Shown here in pieces: positions 29,268-38,603 of a DNA stretch of 64,000 bases. Position 1 is the stretch's first letter; every line of letters starts with the position of its first letter. A program made the translations under genes and the position numbers. This DNA is from an uncultured Candidatus Sumerlaeota bacterium (GTDB lineage Bacteria > Sumerlaeota > Sumerlaeia > SLMS01): contig CAYTGM010000021.1 of assembly GCA_964437365.1 (NCBI GenBank), positions 2,522 to 66,521 of the forward strand. Direction: 5' to 3'. Below the pieces are notes generated by a model. That model was not told the DNA's origin and ran no database searches. It was given only the letters and a program-made list of their open reading frames with translations.

Positions 29268-30415
29268 AAGTACTCCATGTACTTTCTAACATGGACCCGG
29301 GAAGCGGCGGTCCTGCAAGAGCCATCACAGGTCTTGCCCTCGCACAGAAGAGTGCAGGATTGGACCCTCAGGTCTTTTCCACTTACCCCGGTGACTTTGA
29401 TAAGAGTCTTGTCCTCCAACTGAAGCAGAAAGACATCTCTGTTAAGCTGGTGGGTCCAACCACTCCCCCACTTCAAAGTCATCCAGAGCTGAAAGATTCT
29501 CTTCATAAGCAAATCCAAAAGGCAGATATCGTTCACATCCATGCCCTTTGGGAAGAAGCACAATATCAGGCAGCAAGAATTTCTCACAAGTTAGGGAAAC
29601 CATATATATTTCGACCTTGTGGGATGCTCGATCCCTGGTCACTAGAGCAGGGAAAGTGGAAGAAGAAGGCCTATCTGAACTTTCGCCTCCGGAAATATCT
29701 GGACAATGCCAGTGCTCTTCACTTCACAACAAAAGAAGAGAAAGATCTCACTGCTCCATTAAAGTTAAAAGGAAGAAAGTTTGTCCTTCCAAACGGTATA
29801 GACCTTTCAGAGTTTCAGGACCTCCCAGATCCAGGCTTTCTCTCAGAGAAATATCCAGAAACTCAAGGAAAGCAGAAAATTCTTTTTCTGTCACGAGTTC
29901 ATTACAAAAAAGGTCTTCCCCTTCTGATCGATGCCTTTTCGCGTATAGATCATGAAAACTTTGTTTTGATCATCGCAGGGCCAGATGCTGACAACTATCG
30001 GGCAGAACTTATGCCTCAGATAGAAAGCCGGAATATTTCAGATAAGACAATCTTCACAGGAATGCTTGGAGGAATTGATCGTATCAAGGCCATGGTTGAT
30101 GCGGACCTTTTCATATTACCAAGTCACCAGGAAAATTTTGGGATATCTGTGGTCGAGGCAATGGCATCCGGTAAGCCAGTTATTGTAAGCGAAGCCGTAA
30201 ATCTTGCGAGTTTCGTACGAGAAAAGAGTCTCGGAGAAGTTGTCTCACTCAACAGTGATCATCTCTTGAAGGCTATGAAGAAGATGCTGTCAGACAGATT
30301 GAACCTCGAAGAGACGGGCCGAAGAGCGCGCAATATTGTCATGAAGAAGTACGACTGGAACCGTATCACCAAGCGACTGGCTCAGGTCTATGAAAGGATT
30401 CTAAGCTCAGATTAA
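29264..30415 (+). CDS. GT4 family glycosyltransferase
   Basis: SGGP, SRVHYKKG, LPSHQENFGISVVEAMASG. Confidence 0.9.
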   Translation: MKVLHVLSNMDPGSGGPARAITGLALAQKSAGLDPQVFSTYPGDFDKSLVLQLKQKDISVKLVGPTTPPLQSHPELKDSLHKQIQKADIVHIHALWEEAQYQAARISHKLGKPYIFRPCGMLDPWSLEQGKWKKKAYLNFRLRKYLDNASALHFTTKEEKDLTAPLKLKGRKFVLPNGIDLSEFQDLPDPGFLSEKYPETQGKQKILFLSRVHYKKGLPLLIDAFSRIDHENFVLIIAGPDADNYRAELMPQIESRNISDKTIFTGMLGGIDRIKAMVDADLFILPSHQENFGISVVEAMASGKPVIVSEAVNLASFVREKSLGEVVSLNSDHLLKAMKKMLSDRLNLEETGRRARNIVMKKYDWNRITKRLAQVYERILSSD

Positions 30416-30420
30416 TCAAC

Positions 30421-30996
30421 ATGGGAAAAGAGAATCGTATCGTTCAATTAGATCAGGAAAGCGCCTATAAATCGCCCTGGAACTTTCGCACCAAAGTTGG
30501 TGTCATGCTTTGGCAGATCGTTTGGGTGTTCCTGTTCCGTCCATCTCCTCGCTTCTTCAACAAATGGAGACTCTGGCTGCTGAAAAGATTTGGTGCCAGA
30601 ATTTCTGGACGTCCATACGTCGCACAGTCCTGTAAGATTAAGATGCCGTGGAATCTCACCTTGAAGCATCGAGCCTGCGTTGGGCCAGGAAGTGAAGTCT
30701 ATAACCTTGGTCCTGTTATCATCAAGGAACGAGCGACTGTTGCACAATATGTCTATCTCTGTAACGGATCGCATAACATATCTACTCCCAGGCTTCCACT
30801 TATCTTTGGAAAGATCATTATAGAGAAAGATGTTTTTGTCGGCGCATCAGCACTGATTCTCCCTGCTGTTAGACTGGAAGAGGGAGCTGTTATCGGAGCA
30901 GGATCTGTCGTGACGAAAGATATGCCTGCGTGGCATATTTGCGCTGGAAACCCCTGTCGCGTCATCAAGGAACGTCCGTGGGATCCTGAAGGGTAA
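30421..30996 (+). CDS. wcaF: WcaF-like colanic acid/EPS acetyltransferase (hexapeptide repeat)
   Basis: LFRPSP, WRLWLLKRFGA, MPWNL, YLCNGSH, AGNPCR. Confidence 0.75.
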   Translation: MGKENRIVQLDQESAYKSPWNFRTKVGVMLWQIVWVFLFRPSPRFFNKWRLWLLKRFGARISGRPYVAQSCKIKMPWNLTLKHRACVGPGSEVYNLGPVIIKERATVAQYVYLCNGSHNISTPRLPLIFGKIIIEKDVFVGASALILPAVRLEEGAVIGAGSVVTKDMPAWHICAGNPCRVIKERPWDPEG

Positions 30997-31031
30997 TCGG
31001 GTCCGATCAACCACTTGGATATAAAGGAATC

Positions 31032-31916
31032 ATGAAAAAGAAAACTCCTGTATCAATACTCATCCCTGCCAAGAATGAAATAAAGAACATTCGTGAATGC
31101 ATTGAGTCTGTTGGTTTCTCAAATGATATTGTCGTAATCGATTCCCATAGTTCTGATGGGACAATTGAAGAAGCGGAGTCTCTTGGAGCCAGAGTTGTTC
31201 AGTTTGACTGGGATGGTAAATTCCCCAAAAAGAAAAACTGGGCATTGGAAAACGTCGAATGGAAGAACGAGTGGGTTCTGATCCTGGACGCTGATGAACG
31301 GATTACCAAACCTCAGGCTCGTGAGATTCGTCGCGCTATACGAAACGATCAGTTCGATGGTTACTACATTAATCGTAAGTTTATGTTCATGGGTGGTTGG
31401 CTGAGGTTCTGTGGATACTACCCCAGCTGGAATCTGAGACTGTTCAAGCATGAACTCGGACGCTACGAACGACTTGATGTATCAGGCGACACCGGATCGG
31501 GTGATAACGAGGTTCACGAGCATGTCATTATAGAATCGGAAGCCGATGGGCGTGTGGGATATTTAAAGCACGATATGCTTCACTACGCTTATCCTTCTAT
31601 CGACGTCTGGGTTGAAAAGCATAATCGCTACTCGAACTGGGAGGCTCGGGTCTTGCAGGAGCTCCATGCTCATGGAGATGGTGATAAATTGAAGGCTAGT
31701 CCTTTTGGGAATCCTCTCGAGAGAAAACGTTGGATAAAGAAGCTCGCTCGCCGCGCTCCTTTCCGGCCAACCCTCAGGTTTCTTTATCATTACATTTATA
31801 AGCAGGGTTTTCGTGACGGCTATAAAGGGCTCGTGTTCTGCCGTTTACTCGCCTGGTATGAGTTTGTGAGTATCGCGAAAGCTCATGAACTGAAAAACGC
31901 CGATTTGAATAAATAA
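31032..31916 (+). CDS. GT2 family glycosyltransferase
   Basis: IPAKNE, DSHSSDGT, LDADE, VHEH, KHNRYS. Confidence 0.9.
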   Translation: MKKKTPVSILIPAKNEIKNIRECIESVGFSNDIVVIDSHSSDGTIEEAESLGARVVQFDWDGKFPKKKNWALENVEWKNEWVLILDADERITKPQAREIRRAIRNDQFDGYYINRKFMFMGGWLRFCGYYPSWNLRLFKHELGRYERLDVSGDTGSGDNEVHEHVIIESEADGRVGYLKHDMLHYAYPSIDVWVEKHNRYSNWEARVLQELHAHGDGDKLKASPFGNPLERKRWIKKLARRAPFRPTLRFLYHYIYKQGFRDGYKGLVFCRLLAWYEFVSIAKAHELKNADLNK

Positions 31917-31951
31917 CATCCTAGCTCCCCCGCTGACCTTTTCAACTCTTC

Positions 31952-31979
31952 AAGCTCTCCTTCTTTGGAGAGCTTTTTT
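31952..31979 (+). terminator. Intrinsic terminator at the end of the GT operon
   Basis: aagctctcc-ttcttt-ggagagctt plus T-tract, between convergent genes. Confidence 0.7.
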
Positions 31980-31984
31980 CCTTT

Positions 31985-33226
31985 CTAAGGAAGGTCGAAT
32001 TCTCCAAGCGGAGTTAAACGGCTCTCATCCACATTATGAGAAATCTTACCATTTCGGTCTTTCAGCGACAGAGCATACAGTCTTAAGTGCAAATCATAAA
32101 TAGTTTCGAGGGTCTCAGGATCACCCAGCATAAAGCTGACAAGATATCGACCGGGCACAAGATGATGATTATTGACGGTCGCTCTGTATATAAACTTACC
32201 TGGTTCCAGATTCTTTAGTTCCTGTCCCGTCCCGTGCCAGACGGCTCTCAGTGAATCCATCGTACCAAAAGCGTAACTCACTTCCATCACAGCAATTTTT
32301 TCTGAAATCTCAACTTCCATTTCGATGTTAATTAATTCATCAGAGGTAAATGACTGAGTCTCCTCACCCTTTGAGTTCAAGAACCTGACATTGGTCATAT
32401 GAGCCTTTTTCGATTCAAACCGACCAGTCGGTAATGCTGCTGCCGTCCGTTCATCCATCTCGATAAAGTTTTCACCTGAACTTCCTGCAGAATTTATCGA
32501 TTCATAGAACTCAGGAAGTATATCTTCTGCACTTCCAAAGGCCTTCATTTTTCCATGATCGATCCACAACACCTGATCGGCGATGGCCTCAATGTGCTCC
32601 AGACAGTGAGACACAAAGATAATCGACTTTCCTGCTTTTCTCAGCTCAGCAATCTTTCGCATGCACCTTACTTGAAAAGCAGTATCTCCTACCGCGAGAA
32701 CCTCGTCCAGGAGCAAGAGATCCGCATCGACATGAGCGGCGATAGAAAAACCCAGTCTTATATACATACCCGATGAATACTTTTTCACAGGTGTGTGGAT
32801 AAAGGTATCCAATTGGCTGAAGGCAAGAATATCACCCAGCCGTTCAAGTGTTTCCTTTCTTGTCAAACCCAGAATGGAGCACTGAAGAAAGATATTCTCC
32901 ATCCCTGTGAACTCCTGCTCAAAACCAGCGCCCATCGACAGTAGTGCTGCGATACGCCCTTTCGCACTCAACTCTCCGCTGTCGGGATCGGTTAAACCAG
33001 CGACCATTTTCAGGAGCGTACTTTTACCTGACCCATTCGGGCCGATAATTGCCAGACTCCTACCCTTTTCCAGGCTGAAGCTGATATCATCAACAGCTAC
33101 CAGCTCTCTCTTTTCACCGGGAGCGAACAGATTCTTAACCACCATCTCTTTGAGAGATGTTGTCGACTTACTGAAAATCGTATAGACTTTTCTTAAGTTC
33201 TTTGCTTCAAGAATCGTTTCCATCAA
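31985..33226 (-). CDS. Polysaccharide ABC exporter ATP-binding subunit (Wzt/TagH-like) with Wzt_C domain
   Basis: GPNGSGKST, YSSGM..RLGFS, LDEVLAVGD, VSH; C-terminal Ig-like extension. Confidence 0.9.
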   Translation of the reverse strand: MMETILEAKNLRKVYTIFSKSTTSLKEMVVKNLFAPGEKRELVAVDDISFSLEKGRSLAIIGPNGSGKSTLLKMVAGLTDPDSGELSAKGRIAALLSMGAGFEQEFTGMENIFLQCSILGLTRKETLERLGDILAFSQLDTFIHTPVKKYSSGMYIRLGFSIAAHVDADLLLLDEVLAVGDTAFQVRCMRKIAELRKAGKSIIFVSHCLEHIEAIADQVLWIDHGKMKAFGSAEDILPEFYESINSAGSSGENFIEMDERTAAALPTGRFESKKAHMTNVRFLNSKGEETQSFTSDELINIEMEVEISEKIAVMEVSYAFGTMDSLRAVWHGTGQELKNLEPGKFIYRATVNNHHLVPGRYLVSFMLGDPETLETIYDLHLRLYALSLKDRNGKISHNVDESRLTPLGEFDLP

Positions 33227-34113
33227 CTCTTCCGGTCTTCCCTGAGTTCGTGCACATTTGCCTCAAGAGCAAGAACCTCGTCCATGAGCAAATTCTCTGG
33301 TCGAGCCTTCTGATCGATGCCCGCCTTTTCCACGACAACCGTGGCTTCATCCTTTGAAAGTCCCAGGCTGGCCATGGAAATGCAGTTACAGATCGTCTTT
33401 CTGCGATAACGAAAGATCCCATCAAGAAGTTTATACAGTCGATTGCGATGTTCCAAATCCTTATAGACAGGTTTCTCAAGGGGAGTCAGTCGAATGACAG
33501 AGCTCACAACTTTGGGGGGTGGCAGAAAGGCCTCAGGAAGCACATCAAAGAGCACTTCTGTCCGATACCCCAGAGCAATCTTGTAGCTCAGGGCACCAGT
33601 GCTTCGCTGACCGGGATCCGAGGCGATGCGATCAGCCACTTCCTTCTGAATCATAAACACTAACTGATCAAAGTGAATCGTCGAGTCGACAAACTCGAAA
33701 AGAATGGGACTTGTAATTTGATAAGGAAGATTCCCGATGGCACAAAGCGGCGACTTCGTCTCAAGTTCATCCTTCAGCAGTTCCTTTAAATCAATCTTGA
33801 GAAAATCTTCGTAGACAAATTCGATCGAAGGATAGGAACTGGCAACGTATTCATGCCACTCTTCAAAAGCTCGGTCGAGCTCCACCGCATAGACGTGTTT
33901 GCAGCGCGCACTGAGCTCCACGGTCAAGTTGCCAAGTCCGGAACCAATCTCGATCACCGTATGATCTTTAGTAAGGAGCGCCTCTTCGGCAATCTGAGCA
34001 CAAATTTCCTGGTGCTTCAGATAATGCTGACTCTTCCCTTTTTCCAACCGTATCTCGAGCCGTTTAAGCAGACTTCGAATGTCGGGGAACTCTTGTACTG
34101 AAATTTCATCCAT
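33223..34113 (-). CDS. rsmA: 16S rRNA m6,2A1518/1519 dimethyltransferase
   Basis: K.KSQHYL, EIGSGLG, GNLPYQIT, MIQKEVADR, F.PPPKV.S. Start reassigned to ATG 34113 (ORF track gives 34224). Confidence 0.93.
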   Translation of the reverse strand: MDEISVQEFPDIRSLLKRLEIRLEKGKSQHYLKHQEICAQIAEEALLTKDHTVIEIGSGLGNLTVELSARCKHVYAVELDRAFEEWHEYVASSYPSIEFVYEDFLKIDLKELLKDELETKSPLCAIGNLPYQITSPILFEFVDSTIHFDQLVFMIQKEVADRIASDPGQRSTGALSYKIALGYRTEVLFDVLPEAFLPPPKVVSSVIRLTPLEKPVYKDLEHRNRLYKLLDGIFRYRRKTICNCISMASLGLSKDEATVVVEKAGIDQKARPENLLMDEVLALEANVHELREDRKS

Positions 34114-34274
34114 ACCACTTGAGACCTTTAATCTTCTTCCGTTTATTAGGCTTTGCTGGCGGGAGGCATGGCAATGACTTTTCGAAACCTCGCTGAAGCG
34201 CCATTTAATCATTGGCCCAAGCAAATCTCATCGGCTATGTTTTCCCTTGAATCGTCTCAAAGGAGAAATACCCC

Positions 34275-35237
34275 ATGAAGTACACAAAACTTGGTAAAAA
34301 CGGACCAGAAATTTCCACGATCGGATTTGGAGCCTGGGCAATTGGTGGAATGAACTGGGGGCCTACTGACGATGAAGTCTCCAAGAGAGCTATCCATCAG
34401 GCCCTCGATGAAGGAGTTACCTTTATAGACACCGCCGATGTTTATGGCTTCGGTCATTCAGAAGATCTGGTTGCGGAGGTCCTCGAGGAGCGCGGTGAGA
34501 AGGACAAAATCGTTGTCGCAACGAAAGCGGGAAATGACTTCTATAATACCTCAGAGAAAGATGATAAAGGCTACGGCCCCATTAAGTCGAATGCCGATAA
34601 GGACTACATTATCTATGCGGCTGAGCAAAGTCTTAAGCGCCTCAAAGTAGATGCTCTCGATATTCTACAACTGCATAGCCAGCCAACTGAACTGCTGGAA
34701 GAGGGCGGTGCCTTCGAAGCGCTCGCCATCCTCAAAGAGCAGGGAAAGATCAAACACGCAGGCTGGAGTATCTCTTCATTTAAGGAAACAGAGCAAACTC
34801 CCCTTTTCGAAAAGCACCACGATATCATTGATGTCCTTCAGGTACGGTATAATTTACTTGAGCGAGATGCAGAAAAGACTCTATTCCCAAAGGCCCAGGA
34901 GTACGGCACCGGCGTTATTGTCCGTATTCCGATTCTCTTCGGCCTACTGGCTGGTAAGTTCAGCCGCCAGTCTCGCTTTAATGATGATGATCATCGTCAC
35001 ATGAATTTATCCCCCGAAAAGCTTGATCGTTATCTGCAGCAGTTTGAATCCATGAAGCCTCTCTACAATGCTTTTCCCGATCAGACAACAGTTCAGGTGA
35101 GTTTGCGCTTCTGTACAACCCATCCTGCTTGCCATGTGGCTATCCCCGGTGGAAAAACTCCTGAACAGGTTAAGGAAAACTGCGGGGCGAGTGATTTTGG
35201 ACCACTTCCCGCCGATGTGATTCCAGAACTCAAATAA
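34275..35237 (+). CDS. Aldo/keto reductase
   Basis: IGFGAWAIGG, DTADVYG, ATK, SLKRL..D.LD.LQLH, IPG. Confidence 0.93.
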   Translation: MKYTKLGKNGPEISTIGFGAWAIGGMNWGPTDDEVSKRAIHQALDEGVTFIDTADVYGFGHSEDLVAEVLEERGEKDKIVVATKAGNDFYNTSEKDDKGYGPIKSNADKDYIIYAAEQSLKRLKVDALDILQLHSQPTELLEEGGAFEALAILKEQGKIKHAGWSISSFKETEQTPLFEKHHDIIDVLQVRYNLLERDAEKTLFPKAQEYGTGVIVRIPILFGLLAGKFSRQSRFNDDDHRHMNLSPEKLDRYLQQFESMKPLYNAFPDQTTVQVSLRFCTTHPACHVAIPGGKTPEQVKENCGASDFGPLPADVIPELK

Positions 35238-35264
35238 TTCAGAAAGAGAGAGATAGACACAGAA

Positions 35265-36083
35265 ATGAAAGTTCAGTTGTGGTGTGATATGGAGGGAGTC
35301 GCTGGCATTACTCGCTGGGAGCAGGTAATGTCCGGAAACTCTCTTTACGACGAGTGTCGCATTCTATATACAAATGAAATCAATGCCGCAGTACGCGGAG
35401 CAAAACGAGCCGGCGCCACGCAGATCATTGTTATTGATGGACATGGTGCTGGCGGAGCTAACAGCTGTAACAGTTTCCGCTTCGACCTTCTCGAGTCTGG
35501 CGCAGAGTACATCACCAGTTATCGCTGGGGGTGCTATGTTGAAGAACTGAAGAATGGTACGGATGCTTTACTCCTCCCGGGAGCGCACGCGATGGCTGGT
35601 ACGCCAGACGGAGTTCTCTGTCATACCATGTCGAGCGCCAGTTGGGTGAATGCTTCTTTCAATGATATTCTTGTAGGCGAAAGTGGAATTATCGCCGCTA
35701 TCGCTGGTACTTTCGATACGCCTTGTGTCTGGATGTCTGGCGACGCGTCCACCTGCCGCGAAGTGAAAAGCCTTATCGGTGAAGGAATCACTACTTGCCA
35801 GGTAAAGAAAGGACTTGGAAGATACTCGGCTCGTTCTATTTCTCACAAAGAAGCATGCGAGCGTATAGAAGAGACCACCTTCGAGGCTCTCAAGAATAAA
35901 GACAAGTGGCCGAAACCCTTCAAACTGGAGTCACCTGTTACATTCAAAGTGGAGTTACATAACCCTGACCAGTCGGTTCCTTATGAAGGTCGCCCCGAGA
36001 TTGAGATTCCTGATCCTCGCATACTCATTTCCCGGGCAGACAACGCCTGGGAAGCCTGGAATCAGTTCTGGCCAAGGAAATAG
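35265..36083 (+). CDS. M55 family D-aminopeptidase (DppA-like)
   Basis: DMEGVAGI, DGHG, HAMAG, HT, GE, SGD. Confidence 0.9.
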   Translation: MKVQLWCDMEGVAGITRWEQVMSGNSLYDECRILYTNEINAAVRGAKRAGATQIIVIDGHGAGGANSCNSFRFDLLESGAEYITSYRWGCYVEELKNGTDALLLPGAHAMAGTPDGVLCHTMSSASWVNASFNDILVGESGIIAAIAGTFDTPCVWMSGDASTCREVKSLIGEGITTCQVKKGLGRYSARSISHKEACERIEETTFEALKNKDKWPKPFKLESPVTFKVELHNPDQSVPYEGRPEIEIPDPRILISRADNAWEAWNQFWPRK

Positions 36084-36179
36084 CGAATTTCTGCCTGGAG
36101 CAAAACTTCTCGCCAAATTTTACCTCACTTTTACACGCGCTACGTAGCGCATGATCAGCCATTTCCCTTTCCTCACCGC

Positions 36180-36239
36180 ATGACCGACGTCTGACGGACG
36201 TCTTATCTACGTCTTACCTACGTCTTGAGACGTCCGTCA
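36180..36239. repeat. Dispersed repeat copy 2: phased ACGTCT units inside a 12-bp inverted repeat
   Basis: ACGTCT at 36187, 36198, 36209, 36220 and ACGTCC at 36230. Inverted repeat tgacggacgtct (36192-36203) / agacgtccgtca (36228-36239). Confidence 0.9.
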
Positions 36240-36391
36240 CACATGGGACAGAGGCCGGACAGAGGTTCTTCACCTGGTTTGGATGCCAGTTCTTACAGAG
36301 TGAAGACCTCGCAACCTCCGCTTCGTCGATCTCTGTCACTCAGCGAAACAGAGTTAATCATCATTCTTTCTGCGAAGAGGTAATTCAGGAA

Positions 36392-37105
36392 ATGGCTATT
36401 ATTAAACCATCATCATATATTCATTCAGTACGTGGAACAATCGGCTACGGCGAGAACGAAATGATTCTCTATTCCCGTGATGGCCGCACAGTCATGAGAA
36501 GGAAGGGACGAAATAATAATCCTCCCACAGAGCGTCAGCACTGGCACAGGACGATGACCTCCGTTGTCAGCAGGTCGTACCAGCAAATGCCACCAATACA
36601 GTACCAGAATTGGAAGAAGCTGTCAGAGATATTATTCGAAGCTCCAGTCTGTAAGAAGAGTGTTCGACCTCAATCAGTTTATCATCTCTATACAACGGTG
36701 ACGAAACATCGTCTACTGGCTGGGCAATTACACACTTATGAGCCGCCCAGGCCAGAATACCCAAGCGGTCTCGTCGCGAACCCTGTCGTAACTTATCTGT
36801 CGGACTATCAATTGAAACTTAGTTTCGATCACCCCTACAAAGGTGGTTCTGTTTACTGGAGAGTTCATCTCTCCTCTCGCCTGCCGGGAACGAATGCGCT
36901 GGCTCGCCCAAATGGAATCAGAAGTCCCCTTCCTCAACCCACATCAGCCTATTTCATCTCCTTCGATGGTTCTGAAGAAATGACTATACATACAGAGTCT
37001 GCTTATAACCCCGGAGATGGAATTGGTATTTCGATTCTTACACTCTCATCTGATTTTCTGCCTGGCAGGGAAACTTTCTTTCGTCGTCTTGATATTGGGA
37101 ACTGA
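36392..37105 (+). CDS. Hypothetical protein, DUF6266-like (basic N-terminal arm, helical core, beta-rich C-terminus)
   Basis: Pattern RGTIG...YSRDGRTVMRRK...NPPTERQ...R...YQNW...YHLY recalls DUF6266-type proteins from memory; not searched. Confidence 0.55.
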   Translation: MAIIKPSSYIHSVRGTIGYGENEMILYSRDGRTVMRRKGRNNNPPTERQHWHRTMTSVVSRSYQQMPPIQYQNWKKLSEILFEAPVCKKSVRPQSVYHLYTTVTKHRLLAGQLHTYEPPRPEYPSGLVANPVVTYLSDYQLKLSFDHPYKGGSVYWRVHLSSRLPGTNALARPNGIRSPLPQPTSAYFISFDGSEEMTIHTESAYNPGDGIGISILTLSSDFLPGRETFFRRLDIGN

Positions 37106-37120
37106 GAGCGTGTTGTAACG

Positions 37121-37167
37121 GAGTGCATCAAACTGAACGTTTAAGTTAAGATGCACTCTCTTTTATT
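37121..37167 (+). terminator. Intrinsic terminator after 36392-37105
   Basis: gagtgcatc...gatgcactc stem followed by tcttttatt. Confidence 0.6.
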
Positions 37168-37305
37168 CCTTTATAAAGTTCAAAGATTGAATCAGATCAA
37201 TCCAAAGAATCTATGAAATCCAATGCAAAATGAAAAGAAATTCCAAAGACTTTAATCACTTGCAAAGAGTTTCGAAGGTATAGTAGTCTTTCAATGTAGA
37301 GTAGA

Positions 37306-38565
37306 TTGAAAGAGAGACGAATAAGCCCTGTGAAATCTCAATTTTCCGAGAATGATTACTTACCTCATTTGAGTCAGATCAGCAACGCACTCGTCGGTTC
37401 AAACGACCCGCGAAAAACCGTTGTGAACTTCCTCAAGCAGATCTGTTCCATTCTGGATGTAGATGCTGCTATTGTGAGAACTTATCAGGACCGTTTTCTT
37501 CACTTATACGCCTCCATTGGAATTGAAGAGTCGCTACTTGCCGGACGTCTTCCGGTAGATCAGGGAATCGCCAAGGCAATCAATTCTGATTTGAAGCCCA
37601 TTACGATTCAAAAGGCAGATCAGGACAGCATCACATCATCACTCCACAAGAGAGCCATTGATAAGAAACAGATTTTCGTCTTTCAATCTTACGCAGGATC
37701 ACCGATGCTGATTGCAGGACGTTTTGTGGGAGTGCTCGGTATCTATACGATCGAACGTGTTCGATCTTTCAGTCAAACTGATTTGAATGTCTTACAATTA
37801 CTGGCCAACCAGTTGGGAATCACCATTGAGAATGAGCGTCTGTATGACGAATTAAAGTCTCTCACATCTCTCGGGCGTGGGGTGGTACATGACGTAAAGA
37901 ACTATTTAGCGGCAGGAATAACGGCCTCTTCAATGCTGGAAATTCTTGATGAGTCAGAGAAGAAAGAAGCCTGTCAACATATCGGTGAAGCTCTTCAGCG
38001 TGGACTCAATCTGTGCCACAACTTCCTCGAGCTTCAGAATACCACTCTTTCAGAAGCGTGTGAGATTTCACTGAATCTTCACCTCGAAAACATTCTACCA
38101 ATGATCAAGCATCTGGTCAGTCAGAAAGCCGAAGTGAGGCTTAGTTTCGGCCGAGATCTATACCCTATTTATCTCTCGCCGGAGAATCTGGATCGTATTA
38201 TTCTGAATATTGTAGCGAATGCGCGTGATGCTTGCGGAGAAACAGGACTGATCGACATCGAGACATTGAAGGGATCTGAACGACTCGAGCATGAGTTGGA
38301 TGGGCAGAAGCTACCCAGTGGATCATTTACCGCCATCAAGATTACAGACAATGGCGTCGGCATGGAGCGAGAGCAAATTGCGAGTTTAATGAAAGAGAAC
38401 GTGACCACTAAGCCAAGAGGCGAGGGCTATGGAGTAGGTTTGTCCACAGTTAGTGAACTCATCAGAAAGTCCGGCGGGCATTTATTTATCTCTTCGAGGA
38501 GGAACAGGGGCACGACGGTCTTGCTTCTCTTTCCCACCATGGAAAAGGCTGTGGAAGTCGATTAG
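37306..38565 (+). CDS. GAF-domain sensor histidine kinase (cytoplasmic)
   Basis: GAF domain, H-box HDVKNYL, N-box NIVANARDA, DNGVGM, TTK, GYGVGL. Confidence 0.9.
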   Translation: MKERRISPVKSQFSENDYLPHLSQISNALVGSNDPRKTVVNFLKQICSILDVDAAIVRTYQDRFLHLYASIGIEESLLAGRLPVDQGIAKAINSDLKPITIQKADQDSITSSLHKRAIDKKQIFVFQSYAGSPMLIAGRFVGVLGIYTIERVRSFSQTDLNVLQLLANQLGITIENERLYDELKSLTSLGRGVVHDVKNYLAAGITASSMLEILDESEKKEACQHIGEALQRGLNLCHNFLELQNTTLSEACEISLNLHLENILPMIKHLVSQKAEVRLSFGRDLYPIYLSPENLDRIILNIVANARDACGETGLIDIETLKGSERLEHELDGQKLPSGSFTAIKITDNGVGMEREQIASLMKENVTTKPRGEGYGVGLSTVSELIRKSGGHLFISSRRNRGTTVLLLFPTMEKAVEVD

Positions 38566-38603
38566 CCTGAGAGAGCCTGCAAAGCAGGCTCTGGAATAGT
38601 TCC

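Noticed and set aside
22782-36229. 13.4-kb block between the 50-bp direct repeats as a genomic island with attL/attR
   Set aside because: No integrase or tRNA, and the block includes the core gene rsmA. Treated as a dispersed repeat instead.
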